Part shown: one piece after another, positions 1 to 9,651 of the stretch | Numbering within the stretch: position 1 is the stretch's first letter | Layout: each line of letters begins with the position of its first letter | Virus record (IMG/VR): IMGVR_UViG_3300025325_000017 | DNA from: an uncultured virus (IMG/VR IMGVR_UViG_3300025325_000017) | Lineage: Duplodnaviria; Heunggongvirae; Uroviricota; Caudoviricetes | Reading direction: 5' to 3' (one strand) | Length of the DNA stretch: 64,000 nt | Position numbers and translations under genes: made by a program | Notes under the pieces: model-generated | Seen by the model: only the letters and a program-made list of their open reading frames with translations | Database searches by the model: none | Told to the model about the DNA's origin: nothing

Positions 1-311
1 GGCGCGAACCGTATAAGGGATTTGTTAAAAATCTGTGTTTATTGGCTATACAGGAAACAGCCTCTCCGCAGATTTGTCTATGGTGCGAGGGGGTTGGATC
101 AAGCAAGAATGATTCCAAAATTTATCAATGTGCCGCTTGCCGGGGGACCGGCCGTAAATGCCATTCAGATCGCGCCAGGGCTGCCGTGATGCATGTTCCA
201 CGTGGAACATGGCGATATGTGTGGCAAGACCGTTATCGAGCCATACAAGCGTTTCTAGGGCGTTGGGAGGCAGTGGCTTTACAGCGCACCGCCACGCGGC
301 TTGACTTTTAG
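1..311 (+). CDS. 3' part of Q-like antiterminator, copy 1 (truncated by window start)
   Basis: CLWCEGVG...CAACRGTG zinc finger; near-identical to the C-terminus of 41297..41896. Confidence 0.6.
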   Translation, partial: REPYKGFVKNLCLLAIQETASPQICLWCEGVGSSKNDSKIYQCAACRGTGRKCHSDRARAAVMHVPRGTWRYVWQDRYRAIQAFLGRWEAVALQRTATRLDF

Positions 312-328
312 CCCAGTTCGGCTAGTAT
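301..328 (+). promoter_or_regulatory. Putative sigma70 late promoter (pR'-like) overlapping the end of Q
   Basis: TTGACT-16-TAGTAT; the second copy reads TTGACA-16-TATTAT at 41886-41913. Confidence 0.45.
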
Positions 329-346
329 TTTTCTAACCTGCCAGTA

Positions 347-451
347 TTATTCCAGTTTCACGAGCAAAATCACTAGCAAATATACCCACCAGGGTATAAA
401 CGCCCCGGTGAATATATCTGCCAGCGCGAGAATGATTAGAACAATTACCAT
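347..451 (-). CDS. 34-aa hydrophobic membrane peptide (MVIVLIILALADIFTGAFIPWWVYLLVILLVKLE)
   Basis: Translated by hand; start overlaps the stop of 445..660; absent from the second copy. Confidence 0.45.
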   Translation of the reverse strand: MVIVLIILALADIFTGAFIPWWVYLLVILLVKLE

Positions 452-660
452 ATAGCCGTTAGAGATTGCCCACTTTCCGGGCAAGTTGCCGCTTCCAGGT
501 GTTCAGTATGCGGGCAGGCGTAAAACGCCTGAACATATTCGCCGTGAAGCGCCCGCCCAAGCTCACAAGGCGAGTCATACAGATAAGCTGCGTTGTGGCA
601 ATGGTCGCACGTCTGGAGATGTAGCTCCCAGATTTTTCGACAAGATTCGATATGCGTCAT
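445..660 (-). CDS. Cys/His-rich hypothetical protein
   Basis: Conserved paralog at 41910..42140. Confidence 0.6.
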   Translation of the reverse strand: MTHIESCRKIWELHLQTCDHCHNAAYLYDSPCELGRALHGEYVQAFYACPHTEHLEAATCPESGQSLTAIW

Positions 661-664
661 TTGA

Positions 665-964
665 TTAGTCCCTGGCATTTTTAACGATTGATTCAGCCAG
701 GATCGCGGCTTTCTGCCACGCCGTGCTGTCAGTCTCTTGGCGCGCCATGCCGATCATTCCCTCAAGTGCCGCCAGTAGTTCATAATGCGAGTTACAGGCG
801 CGGACGATAGCGCGGGCGTTGGCGTAGGTGTCCTCCCAATCCACCGCGCACGAATCATCCGGGGTTGCTGCGGTTGCCACGAGTATCCCGGCACTGTTGG
901 TAATGTACTGGGTCCCAGTCTCGTTTTTCCACGGCCAGGGGGTATGTGTAGTTTTCATGATCAT
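665..964 (-). CDS. Phage hypothetical protein (HTPxPW...ANARxI type)
   Basis: Common phage motif; near-identical copy at 43601..43900. Confidence 0.7.
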   Translation of the reverse strand: MIMKTTHTPWPWKNETGTQYITNSAGILVATAATPDDSCAVDWEDTYANARAIVRACNSHYELLAALEGMIGMARQETDSTAWQKAAILAESIVKNARD

Positions 965-1051
965 CCTCTACGTTGGAATAAGTGCCCCTCTATCGCCGGC
1001 ACAACCGGAGGGGCGCGGTTGCTTGGAGACCGATTATCGGTCTGCCGGGTT

Positions 1052-1381
1052 TTACTTGTGGATCAGTTTCCAGGTCGTGAACTCGCGTTGCGTCAGATAG
1101 CGCGCCTGAAAGAGGCTGCCGCCGCTCCCGTTTGGAAGCTCGGCGAAACACGCATAAACCGGCTCATTTGCGGCGTTGTGGTATTGTGCCTCGCCGACCA
1201 GAAAACCGCCGCTGCCCATATCCTGCGGCGGTACAGCCTCAAGCATGCTGTAAAACATATCCTCAGTTGTCAGAATCCACGGATGCGGTACTGCCCGCAT
1301 AGCGTCCCATAGCTCGTTCCATTCGAGCGGTATTTCGTCTTTCTCGGAAACTACATCGAACCTAGATTTAAAATCGCTCAT
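1052..1381 (-). CDS. Hypothetical protein (repeat-led small gene)
   Basis: GGAGGG SD inside the upstream repeat. Confidence 0.65.
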   Translation of the reverse strand: MSDFKSRFDVVSEKDEIPLEWNELWDAMRAVPHPWILTTEDMFYSMLEAVPPQDMGSGGFLVGEAQYHNAANEPVYACFAELPNGSGGSLFQARYLTQREFTTWKLIHK

Positions 1382-1388
1382 CGTGTAA

Positions 1389-1426
1389 CCCTCCAAGGTT
1401 AAGCCGGATCCGCCGGCGCGGTGCTA
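1389..1426 (-). repeat. Hairpin+SD leader repeat, copy 1
   Basis: CCCTCCAAGGTTAAGCCGGATCCGCCGGCGCGGTGCTA. Confidence 0.8.
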
Positions 1427-1450
1427 GACGCATTAGGGATGCAAAATTGT

Positions 1451-1729
1451 TCATTTTTGCGGATACCAACCATTACCACGTTTAATAAAACCGTCCTGAT
1501 TTCCCATGTAGGAATTGAACTCATCGTCGGAGGACGAAATTATCCTGAATCCGCCGTCAATACGCTGGTTGGAGAGCAGGTTTTCAACGGCCCGGAACGT
1601 CATTCCGCCCTGCACGCCCTCGGGAGATTCGAGCCATTTGCGCGCGTCGGAGATTGCCTGTTTGCGAGTGTAACCCGCGCCGAACACGCAATAGCCGGAT
1701 TGGATGAATGCGAATTTGAGAGATTTCAT
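1451..1729 (-). CDS. Hypothetical protein (repeat-led small gene)
   Basis: ORF with SD supplied by repeat copy 2. Confidence 0.65.
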   Translation of the reverse strand: MKSLKFAFIQSGYCVFGAGYTRKQAISDARKWLESPEGVQGGMTFRAVENLLSNQRIDGGFRIISSSDDEFNSYMGNQDGFIKRGNGWYPQK

Positions 1730-1735
1730 TGTGTA

Positions 1736-1775
1736 CCCTCCAAGGTTTCACCGGGATCCGCCCGGCACGGTGCTA
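1736..1775 (-). repeat. Hairpin+SD leader repeat, copy 2
   Basis: CCCTCCAAGGTTTCACCGGGATCCGCCCGGCACGGTGCTA. Confidence 0.8.
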
Positions 1776-1842
1776 CATAGGGTGGGATCGGGCTCGACAC
1801 ACCGTAGCGTGTCGGCCCGATGCATCAGGGAGGCGAAATTAC

Positions 1843-2118
1843 TCACTCCGCGTCCCACCAGCCCTCTCCAACGGAGGCGACGGCCTGCTCAACGTCGTCG
1901 CGTATAATCTCGACGAAATCGTCATCCATAGGACCTACCTGGTTTATTTCGCAGGTGCTGGCGTTGCAGAAACTAGAGTTGCCCACGTAGACATCGGCGT
2001 CAGGGAATGCGGACTCGATTGCTGTCAGCGCCAGAGATTTGAACGCCCTGTATTGCGCGTCTGTCGTGCCGTCGCCGAGGTTTTCACGGCATGCGTTGTA
2101 GATGATTTTGGTTTTCAT
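1843..2118 (-). CDS. Acidic hypothetical protein (repeat-led small gene)
   Basis: ORF downstream of repeat copy 3. Confidence 0.6.
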   Translation of the reverse strand: MKTKIIYNACRENLGDGTTDAQYRAFKSLALTAIESAFPDADVYVGNSSFCNASTCEINQVGPMDDDFVEIIRDDVEQAVASVGEGWWDAE

Positions 2119-2132
2119 TTTGGCGTCCTCGT

Positions 2133-2167
2133 CTCCAAGGTTAAGCCGGGTCCGCCGGCACGGTGTC
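2133..2167 (-). repeat. Hairpin+SD leader repeat, copy 3
   Basis: CTCCAAGGTTAAGCCGGGTCCGCCGGCACGGTGTC. Confidence 0.75.
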
Positions 2168-2542
2168 ACAAGGGGATAATAGGGTAAGCCGATTTACAGT
2201 TCAAGTGTTACATCAACCGCCCGTCAGTCCGCTTATGCCGTCCGTCAGCCCAAACCGACCGCTTGTAAAGCCCCACAGTGCCTGTAAAATGGCAGGGACA
2301 TGCAAGGATAGCGGGTGGGGTAGAGATCACGCCCCAGCCGGCAAGGCAGACGGTATAATCCAGCCGATAAACGGTATATGAGGAAATGCTAATACCAACA
2401 GCGTAGTTACGGGCAGATTGTCTTTAAGAATTAGTCTAGTTAGGACGATGTGTGCGGTGAGATGCGTGCTGAGCGTGTGCTGAGGGAGACGTGTGTTGAA
2501 TGTGCTGAGGCTGAGGCTTATCCTTTCCGCCCCCTCTTCCTC

Positions 2543-2615
2543 CTGGAATTCAATTAATCCTGGACTGGAATTCAATTAATCCTGGACTTGATCTAAATTA
2601 ATGACTTGATCTAAA
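2543..2615. repeat. Tandem repeats (2x 22 bp, 2x 13 bp) upstream of late module A
   Basis: CTGGAATTCAATTAATCCTGGA x2, then GACTTGATCTAAA x2. Confidence 0.85.
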
Positions 2616-2791
2616 CATGCCTATAAATCTAGTCTCAAGTCAGTCTTGGATAGGCTTAGGCAGATAGGCTAAATTAGTTATGAATATTAGAATATTCGGA
2701 TATAGGGGCCCCCCCTCTGTGGGGGCGATTAGGTTTAGGTTCTACACCCTCCACATTTTTCATAACTAATTCCTAGACATAAATATATTTA

Positions 2792-3835
2792 ATGACCACT
2801 AAATCGCATTGGGCTGATGTTTATGAATCTTTTGAAGAAGATTTAAAACATTGTCAGTGGAAAGACCTTACTGCTTTAAAGTGGCAAAGGATGAAAAAAT
2901 TCCTAAGAAAAACTATCAAAAGATCAGGAGGGATTAATTATTCGGCTTTTCCGATAAATTTTAGATGGCATTTATGTTCCACAAGGCTTTCCTTGGGGAA
3001 GTTCGATAATTGGGATGGATGGGAATATAGAAGTGATTGGTCCATTACTTTCCAGGGATGGAATGGTGGGCCGAAAGGCGGTATGACTGTTCCGAAATGG
3101 AATGGCAATAAAGTTAAACATCTAATTATTGCCTCAGAGCAAGGAATAGGAGATGAAATTTTATATGCCTCGGCTATTCCAGAATTAATTGTCAGACTTG
3201 GCCATGACCCCCTGGAATTGCAGTGTCATCCCAGACTTTTCCCGGTTTTTCGGAGATCGTTCGGAATTAAATGCACTCCCAGAAGAGTTCTTTCTCAGAT
3301 CGAGGGAGAGGCAAGCGTGGTTGCGCTCGCGGATTTATTCATGTTTTATCGAAGGAACAAATCGCATTTTCCGAGGAAGCCTTTTTTAAAACCCGACCAG
3401 AATATAAGAAAAGCGTGGCTGGAAAGACTTTGGCAATACCCAAAACCATGGATCGGAGTGGCTTGGAAAGCGAGACATGGAATTCTGGATGTAAACAAAC
3501 TAATAGACAAAATTTCCCCGAGAGGGACGCTGTTTAATGTTCAATATGAAGGGAAACACGAAAAATTGGTTGAAATCCAACCAAACTCCATGTTGGATAT
3601 GGAAAATCATCTAAACTTCATCTCCTGTCTGGACAGGGTTGTTTCCGTGACGCAGACGGTTGTGCATGAATGCGGAGGGTTGGGGGTGCTCTGTGACGCT
3701 ATCAAACCCCCCAAGGGAACGGGGAAAGTAGACCCGGCGCTTTGGTATTACGGTATTGGAAACGATGTTTCTCACATGATTTATGGATCGGTGAAGGTAT
3801 TCAACTCTCTGGAGGAATATGAGTATCGTCAATGA
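2792..3835 (+). CDS. Glycosyltransferase-like protein (GT-B, GT9/TPR-associated type)
   Basis: GWEYR, EQGIGDEI, IGVAW and SVTQTVVH motifs. Confidence 0.65.
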   Translation: MTTKSHWADVYESFEEDLKHCQWKDLTALKWQRMKKFLRKTIKRSGGINYSAFPINFRWHLCSTRLSLGKFDNWDGWEYRSDWSITFQGWNGGPKGGMTVPKWNGNKVKHLIIASEQGIGDEILYASAIPELIVRLGHDPLELQCHPRLFPVFRRSFGIKCTPRRVLSQIEGEASVVALADLFMFYRRNKSHFPRKPFLKPDQNIRKAWLERLWQYPKPWIGVAWKARHGILDVNKLIDKISPRGTLFNVQYEGKHEKLVEIQPNSMLDMENHLNFISCLDRVVSVTQTVVHECGGLGVLCDAIKPPKGTGKVDPALWYYGIGNDVSHMIYGSVKVFNSLEEYEYRQ

Positions 3836-4124
3836 AATTTATGGGGAAATCGAGACTTTGCGTGGTATGTTAACGGCCTTGATGGTGAATTGGCCCGATC
3901 TCAGACCGAGAATGGAGCCGGCGATCTCGAAAGTTGACGCCGTTCTTTCCAACCCATCGGATCAGACGATTCATTTTTTGATAGAAGACATGTTGGATAT
4001 GAATGAATTTTTCATTGACGTTCTTTACATGATTCAAGATGAACATCTAGACAAAAATATCCGCCAAACCATGAGCCTGACCAATAGATTATTGGGCCCG
4101 GAGGAACGGGTGGGCTTGCATTGA
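3819..4124 (+). CDS. Hypothetical protein
   Basis: Overlaps both neighbours in the operon. Confidence 0.55.
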   Translation: MSIVNEIYGEIETLRGMLTALMVNWPDLRPRMEPAISKVDAVLSNPSDQTIHFLIEDMLDMNEFFIDVLYMIQDEHLDKNIRQTMSLTNRLLGPEERVGLH

Positions 4125-4729
4125 AAACCATTATCGTCGGACATGGACCTTCTCTTGAAGGACAAGGATTGGGTGAATGGATAGACAGTTTCGATAATGT
4201 CGTTCGTTTGAAACGGGCCGAGTATCTGATTAGGACCAATCCCAAGGATTATGGCGTAAAAACAGATTATCTTTGCGCCTCCACGGAAGTTCTGGGTTGT
4301 TTCAAGACTATAAAGGTTCATGAATTTTGGGGATACCCCAAAAGGGGCTGGTACGACGAAAACGCAGTCGAGGCGGCGAAAAAAGAACTCAATGCCTATC
4401 TTTGGATTCCATTGAATCTCTGCAACACCTGGAACGCAAAATTCAGAAATCTTGGGGCAAAGCATCCGAATGTCTCGACCGGTATGGCTTCTATCGTCAT
4501 GGCATTGGAACGGTTCAGGCCCGAGACTTTACAGATCGCGGGATTCGATACTTTATTCAACCCCGAACTGCCATTTACCCGCGCCGAACTTCCACGCACC
4601 GGAACCGGAGCGATAAACCATGACTGGATTAAAGAGAATCAACTTTTAACCATGTTGAGAGATTTTTATAAGGTTTCATTTGAAACCAATATAAATCGAA
4701 CGAATGAAGGAAATTTAAAATATGGGTGA
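4121..4729 (+). CDS. GT29 (sialyltransferase-like) glycosyltransferase
   Basis: IIVGHGPSL...IDSFDNVVRL resembles sialylmotif L; STGM...GFD resembles motif S. Confidence 0.6.
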   Translation: MKTIIVGHGPSLEGQGLGEWIDSFDNVVRLKRAEYLIRTNPKDYGVKTDYLCASTEVLGCFKTIKVHEFWGYPKRGWYDENAVEAAKKELNAYLWIPLNLCNTWNAKFRNLGAKHPNVSTGMASIVMALERFRPETLQIAGFDTLFNPELPFTRAELPRTGTGAINHDWIKENQLLTMLRDFYKVSFETNINRTNEGNLKYG

Positions 4730-4913
4730 TGCTATTTTGACTGCGAAATTGCGTAAGGAATATGGAGGACTGAATTTAGAAGCTCAAGTCGCCGGCAATC
4801 CATTTCCGATATGGAGAACTTGGCTGAACTCAAAAGGATACGATCTCGACCGGAACGATCTGGTAATTCCATTGAAAAAACAACTGAATCCCGCCGATCC
4901 TTCGTTGAGATAA
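4722..4913 (+). CDS. Hypothetical protein
   Basis: Short ORF coupled to the upstream gene. Confidence 0.4.
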   Translation: MGDAILTAKLRKEYGGLNLEAQVAGNPFPIWRTWLNSKGYDLDRNDLVIPLKKQLNPADPSLR

Positions 4914-4947
4914 TTCGTTGAGATAATTCGTTTTCAGAGAGATAACC

Positions 4948-5343
4948 ATGACGTTAAAAGGCAAGTCATTCAGCCCGATCAAAGCTTTGGCCGCAAGTAA
5001 GACATGGAGGCAACAGTCTGAAATGACGCGCGCCAAGATCAAAACGACGATGATTGTCGAGTCTCTGCAAAAACATCTAGCCGGCGAATGTGAATTGAAA
5101 GCTACTCAGGTCAAGGCGGCGCAAATTCTGCTTGATCGCGTTCTTCCCACCATGTCCATGCAGGACGTGGTTCAGACCGTAACCAATGAAACGGCGAATT
5201 ACGACGATATGCTGGTCAGACTGAAATTTCTTTTAGGCGAAGCCACGGTCGATTTATTGCTCGACAAGCTCAGTAAATCGCCCGATATTGGGGCCGGACC
5301 TATCGGAGAAAAGACGGATCAATCGCAGGAAATGCCACATTGA
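4948..5343 (+). CDS. Possible terminase small subunit
   Basis: TQVKAAQILLDRVLP motif seen in phage TerS-like proteins; upstream of TerL. Confidence 0.45.
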   Translation: MTLKGKSFSPIKALAASKTWRQQSEMTRAKIKTTMIVESLQKHLAGECELKATQVKAAQILLDRVLPTMSMQDVVQTVTNETANYDDMLVRLKFLLGEATVDLLLDKLSKSPDIGAGPIGEKTDQSQEMPH

Positions 5344-6077
5344 TTGCGGTTACGACTTTTTCCCATTCGGGATACGAGGCTTATGGACGGGAGATGTTGA
5401 AATCCGCTATTAACAATTGGCCTTTCAGCATCGTTTGTTATATCGAATCCGATATTGATCTGAATGACGCGAAACTGGAAAAGCGGAATTTTTTCGACAT
5501 CGAAGGCGTGATGGGATTTTATCAAAACATCAAAAATGTTCCTATCTGTCACGGTAGAACAAAAGATGGATACAATTACAATTACGATCTTTGGAAGTTT
5601 TCCCGCAAGATGTTCGCTCAATGGGATGTGTTGAAGGAATACAAGGGAAAGGTTTTCTGGCTCGATGCCGATAGTTTTATTCGCAAGCCGATCCCGGAGG
5701 AGTTTCTGGTTTCGTTGTTCGACGACAAAGGGCTGACCTATCTCGGACGCGAAGGGGTTTACACGGAAACCGGTTTCGTCGGATTTGACACGGAGAATGA
5801 AAAATTCCCGGAATTCCTAAAGCAATATATCGGATTTATCCGTCACGGATGGTTTATGGATCATGCCCGCTGGCACGATTGCGAGGCTTTCGATTTCGCG
5901 CGCCGAACCTCCGGCATTCCCAGCCATAACCTGTCGCCATTTTTCAAAATTCCCAAAAACAGGCAAATGTCCCTGGATGATTTGGATGTTTTCGGTAAAT
6001 CGGTTCTTGGGGAATATATCGTGCATTTAAAGGGCAAACGCAAGGAAGTCGTCGAGAAGTATGCCGTTAATCAGTGA
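5340..6077 (+). CDS. GT-A glycosyltransferase
   Basis: WLDAD DxD motif, ETGFVGF, HLKG. Confidence 0.7.
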   Translation: MIAVTTFSHSGYEAYGREMLKSAINNWPFSIVCYIESDIDLNDAKLEKRNFFDIEGVMGFYQNIKNVPICHGRTKDGYNYNYDLWKFSRKMFAQWDVLKEYKGKVFWLDADSFIRKPIPEEFLVSLFDDKGLTYLGREGVYTETGFVGFDTENEKFPEFLKQYIGFIRHGWFMDHARWHDCEAFDFARRTSGIPSHNLSPFFKIPKNRQMSLDDLDVFGKSVLGEYIVHLKGKRKEVVEKYAVNQ

Positions 6078-6564
6078 CTCCTATCGGGGTCTATTGCTGA
6101 AAATGCATCGGAAGAATAGAAACTTCGGCATGGGATCGAAACGGAGAAAAGAGTATATCGAATCCTTGGGATATTCCGATATTCTCGATTACGGCTGTGG
6201 CAAGGGGAAACTCGGAATCGGGAAGCGATACGATCCTGGAATCCCCGATTTTTCCGCCGATCCGGACCCCGCAGACCTTTTGGTTTGTACCGACGTTCTT
6301 GAACATATAGAACCGGAATATCTTGACGATGTTTTGAACCACATGGCTTCCAAGATGAAACACGCCGGCTATATCACCATCGGTTGTGGTCCGGCGGCGA
6401 AGAAACTTCCCGATGGAAGAAACGCGCATCTTATTGTCAAACCCCCGGCGTGGTGGCTGGAGAAGCTGGCCGAATATTTTATTGTCACTGGTTATTCCGT
6501 GCATCCGGATTCCAAAAAACGCAGGGAATCGCTGGAACTCGAAGTGCATTTGAAACTGCGATGA
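6061..6564 (+). CDS. Class I SAM-dependent methyltransferase
   Basis: ILDYGCGKG, DVLEHI. Confidence 0.85.
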   Translation: MPLISDSYRGLLLKMHRKNRNFGMGSKRRKEYIESLGYSDILDYGCGKGKLGIGKRYDPGIPDFSADPDPADLLVCTDVLEHIEPEYLDDVLNHMASKMKHAGYITIGCGPAAKKLPDGRNAHLIVKPPAWWLEKLAEYFIVTGYSVHPDSKKRRESLELEVHLKLR

Positions 6565-7508
6565 GGGCTTTTATTACCGGACTTACCGGACAGGATGGCC
6601 GTTATCTCTCGAAATTATTGATTGAAAAGGGATATGAAGTTCATGGGCTTGTCAGAAGAACTTCGCAACCTAAACAAGTTCCGATTGGCGTGGGAATCGT
6701 CGAGGGAGACGTTACCGATCCACGAATCACCGATATTATCCAGAGGATCAATCCTTCGGAAATCTATCATCTCGCGGCGATGTCTCATGTTGGGGAGTCT
6801 TTCAAAATACCGAGGACGACTTTTGAAATCAACGCGATTGGAACTCTTAACTGCCTGGAAGGGGCCAAGATGTGCGGCGCAAGATTTTATCAAGCGTCCA
6901 CCTCGGAGCTTTACGGGGCGTCCAAGCCGCCGCAATCTGAAATGACATCTTTCCATCCTCGAAGCCCTTACGGTGTGGCGAAACTTGCCGCTTATTGGCT
7001 TACGGTCAATTATCGGGAAGCTTATGGGCTTTTTGCTTGTAATGGAATTCTATTCAATCATGAATCTCCGATACGAGGCTTGGATTTTGTCACCCGGAAA
7101 ATCTGTCGTGGCGTGGCGAGGATTAAATTCGGCCTGGATCGGTATATCGTATTGGGGAATCTCGATGCCAGACGCGATTGGGGGCATGCGGAAGATTTTG
7201 TCGAATCCATGTGGATTATGATGCAACAGGAGACCCCCAGTGATTACGTCGTAGCTATGGGGGAATCGAGATCAATCAGGGATTTGTTGACCGAGGCATT
7301 CCAGCATATCGGAATTTCGGATTGGTCGGAATATGTAAAACAGGATATAAATAGTTATCGTCCGGCGGATGTGGATAGCCTGATTGGGGATGCTTCCAAG
7401 ATCAGAGCATTAGGTTGGAAACCAAAATATTCCTTTGAACAAATCATCAAAGAGATGGTGGAATCTGAAATTGAGCAAATCAGAAATTATTCACCCGTTA
7501 TCGCTTAA
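6561..7508 (+). CDS. gmd: GDP-mannose 4,6-dehydratase
   Basis: ITGLTGQDG, QASTSELYG, SPYGVAK, GILFNHESP, RDWGHA. Confidence 0.95.
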   Translation: MRAFITGLTGQDGRYLSKLLIEKGYEVHGLVRRTSQPKQVPIGVGIVEGDVTDPRITDIIQRINPSEIYHLAAMSHVGESFKIPRTTFEINAIGTLNCLEGAKMCGARFYQASTSELYGASKPPQSEMTSFHPRSPYGVAKLAAYWLTVNYREAYGLFACNGILFNHESPIRGLDFVTRKICRGVARIKFGLDRYIVLGNLDARRDWGHAEDFVESMWIMMQQETPSDYVVAMGESRSIRDLLTEAFQHIGISDWSEYVKQDINSYRPADVDSLIGDASKIRALGWKPKYSFEQIIKEMVESEIEQIRNYSPVIA

Positions 7509-8568
7509 TACCTGGGGACAGGAGGAGAAAAACGCAATTCTGAAAGTTCTTGATTCCGGGAATTTCACGATGGGAAAGAATGTAAGAGCTTTTGAAAAGG
7601 CTTACGCCGATTGGTGCGGGACCAAATACGCAGTCATGGTCAATTCCGGTTCTTCGGCCAATCTTCTGATGGTTGCTGCTTTTACTATCCAGAATGGTCC
7701 CGGTGTCGTTATTGTCCCGGCGGTCTCATGGGCGACATCTTATTCTCCGTTCCAGCAATACGACTGGGCGCTGAAATTCGTGGATATTGATCCGGATACA
7801 CTGAATTATGATTTGGATCGGCTTCACGAAGCTTATACCGGAGAAGAATTGATTCTCGCCGTTAATCTTTTGGGAAATCCGAACGATTATAAACGATTTC
7901 CGAATCATGCGACTCTGGAAGATAATTGCGAATCCATGGGAGCCGAATATGAAGGAATGAAAACCGGTAATTTCGGGATCATGGCGTCACACTCAATGTT
8001 TTTCTCCCATCATATTCAGACGATGGAAGGGGGAATCGTCACGACGGATGATGAATATTATTATCAGATGCTTCTTTGTCTTCGTTCCCATGGATGGACG
8101 CGGCATTTGCCGGAAAAGAATGTTTTCAATATCGAGCCATCGGCTTATGAATTCCTGTTTCCCGGATATAACGTCCGCCCCGTGGAAATGTCCGCCGCCG
8201 TCGGGTTGGAGCAGTTGAAAAAACTCTATGGTTTTATTGCCGGCAGAAGAGAAAACGCCGAACGATGGAGAGAAGTTTGTCGGAAACGCCGATGGTGGAT
8301 GCAGAAGGAAACAGGGGAATCATCCTGGTTTGCCTTCGCCATCGTGGACGATGAAATAGAATCAATCAAGAAGGAATTCGACGAGAAAGGGGTCGAATAT
8401 CGCCCGATTGTCGGTGGCAATTTCACCAAATCCAAATCAATCGAATATTATGATCATGAAATCGTCGGTGAGTTGGGAAACGCCGATAGAATACATGAGA
8501 AAGGCGTTTATATCGGTAATTTTCATCAACCCATGATAGGAGCCATTGATGCCCTTAGCCAAAGGTAA
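7435..8568 (+). CDS. colD: PLP-dependent DegT-family enzyme, ColD-like GDP-4-keto-6-deoxymannose 3-dehydratase (start uncertain)
   Basis: [29 protein letters not shown] with His at the usual Lys position, LRSHGW. Confidence 0.75.
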   Translation: MNKSSKRWWNLKLSKSEIIHPLSLNTWGQEEKNAILKVLDSGNFTMGKNVRAFEKAYADWCGTKYAVMVNSGSSANLLMVAAFTIQNGPGVVIVPAVSWATSYSPFQQYDWALKFVDIDPDTLNYDLDRLHEAYTGEELILAVNLLGNPNDYKRFPNHATLEDNCESMGAEYEGMKTGNFGIMASHSMFFSHHIQTMEGGIVTTDDEYYYQMLLCLRSHGWTRHLPEKNVFNIEPSAYEFLFPGYNVRPVEMSAAVGLEQLKKLYGFIAGRRENAERWREVCRKRRWWMQKETGESSWFAFAIVDDEIESIKKEFDEKGVEYRPIVGGNFTKSKSIEYYDHEIVGELGNADRIHEKGVYIGNFHQPMIGAIDALSQR

Positions 8569-8680
8569 ATCGGACAAAGCTGTTTCCAAAAACATCAGAA
8601 TTTTAAAAAAGGAGGGTTATCCGCAAAAACAAGCAGTCGCCATTGCTATACGTAAAGCCGGTAAAAGTAAAAAGAAGTAA
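8549..8680 (+). CDS. Small basic phage protein (MPLAKGKS...QAVAIA)
   Basis: Translated by hand; SD AGGAG; recurrent phage motif. Confidence 0.65.
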   Translation: MPLAKGKSDKAVSKNIRILKKEGYPQKQAVAIAIRKAGKSKKK

Positions 8681-8688
8681 TTTATTTT

Positions 8689-9648
8689 ATGACAAGCAAT
8701 CAAATTACGAAAAGAATAGACGCAATTACCGGTATCCCGGAAAATTACAGGAAAACGGTTCTTCCGGCCCCCAAGTCAGTGAAGATTGAGCTTACCAGTC
8801 AATGTAATTTCCGCTGCGGATTTTGCGCGCATCATCTCCGGATCAAGAAACGCGGAGACATGGATTGGGAATTATTTATGCGTTTAGCCAATGAGATGCG
8901 CGCGGCGGGGGTCGAAGAGCTCGGGGTTTTTTATATCGGCGAGCCGTTTTCCCGTCCGCAGATTCTGGTTGACGCCATTCGTTATGCGAAAAGAGTCGTT
9001 GGGTTCCCCTATGTTTTTTGCACTACCAATGGCAGTCTGGCTTGGCCATACAGGGTTGCGGCGGCGATGGAAGCTGGCTTGGATTCCTTGAAATTTTCTT
9101 TGAATAACTCCACGCCTGAACAATTGTCGGAAATCGCGCAGGTAAAGGGGGATATTTTTTACGATATTAAAAATAATTTACAAACAGCGTGGCGACTTCG
9201 TAAAGACCTCGGTTATAAAACCGGGCTTTATGCCTCATCCATCATGTATGACGGGGATCAACAACAGGCGATGGAGAGACTGGTACAAGAGATTAGACCG
9301 TTCGTGGATCAGCATTATTGGTTGCCCTTGTATTCAATGGGCAGCCTTGCCACCAAGAGAGAGGAAGAGTTGGGATTCCGGCCTATTGCGGGGAATCAGG
9401 GCCGGATCGAGAACTTGCGCGATCCCTTGCCTTGTTGGTCGGCTTTTACCGAAGGTCATATAACCTACGATGGCAAGCTCTCGGCCTGTTGTTTCGATGC
9501 TGGGGATAAATGGACTATGGCCGACCTGACCAGAACGAGTTTCATGGAAGGATGGAACTCCGAGATATTTCAGACTTTGCGCGCTGTGCATTTGAAAAAA
9601 GACGTGACCGGGACTATTTGTGAAGATTGCGTGGCGTATCGAGGATGA
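8689..9648 (+). CDS. Radical SAM protein with C-terminal SPASM/Twitch domain
   Basis: CNFRCGFC; C-terminal C..CC..CxxC. Confidence 0.9.
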   Translation: MTSNQITKRIDAITGIPENYRKTVLPAPKSVKIELTSQCNFRCGFCAHHLRIKKRGDMDWELFMRLANEMRAAGVEELGVFYIGEPFSRPQILVDAIRYAKRVVGFPYVFCTTNGSLAWPYRVAAAMEAGLDSLKFSLNNSTPEQLSEIAQVKGDIFYDIKNNLQTAWRLRKDLGYKTGLYASSIMYDGDQQQAMERLVQEIRPFVDQHYWLPLYSMGSLATKREEELGFRPIAGNQGRIENLRDPLPCWSAFTEGHITYDGKLSACCFDAGDKWTMADLTRTSFMEGWNSEIFQTLRAVHLKKDVTGTICEDCVAYRG

Positions 9649-9651
9649 TTT

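Noticed and set aside
1..311. Exact terminal redundancy of a single circular genome
   Set aside because: The copies differ after base 118 and lead into different late modules
1389..2167. Spaced repeats as a CRISPR array
   Set aside because: Spacers are 300-360 bp and protein-coding, the repeats are imperfect, and no cas genes are present
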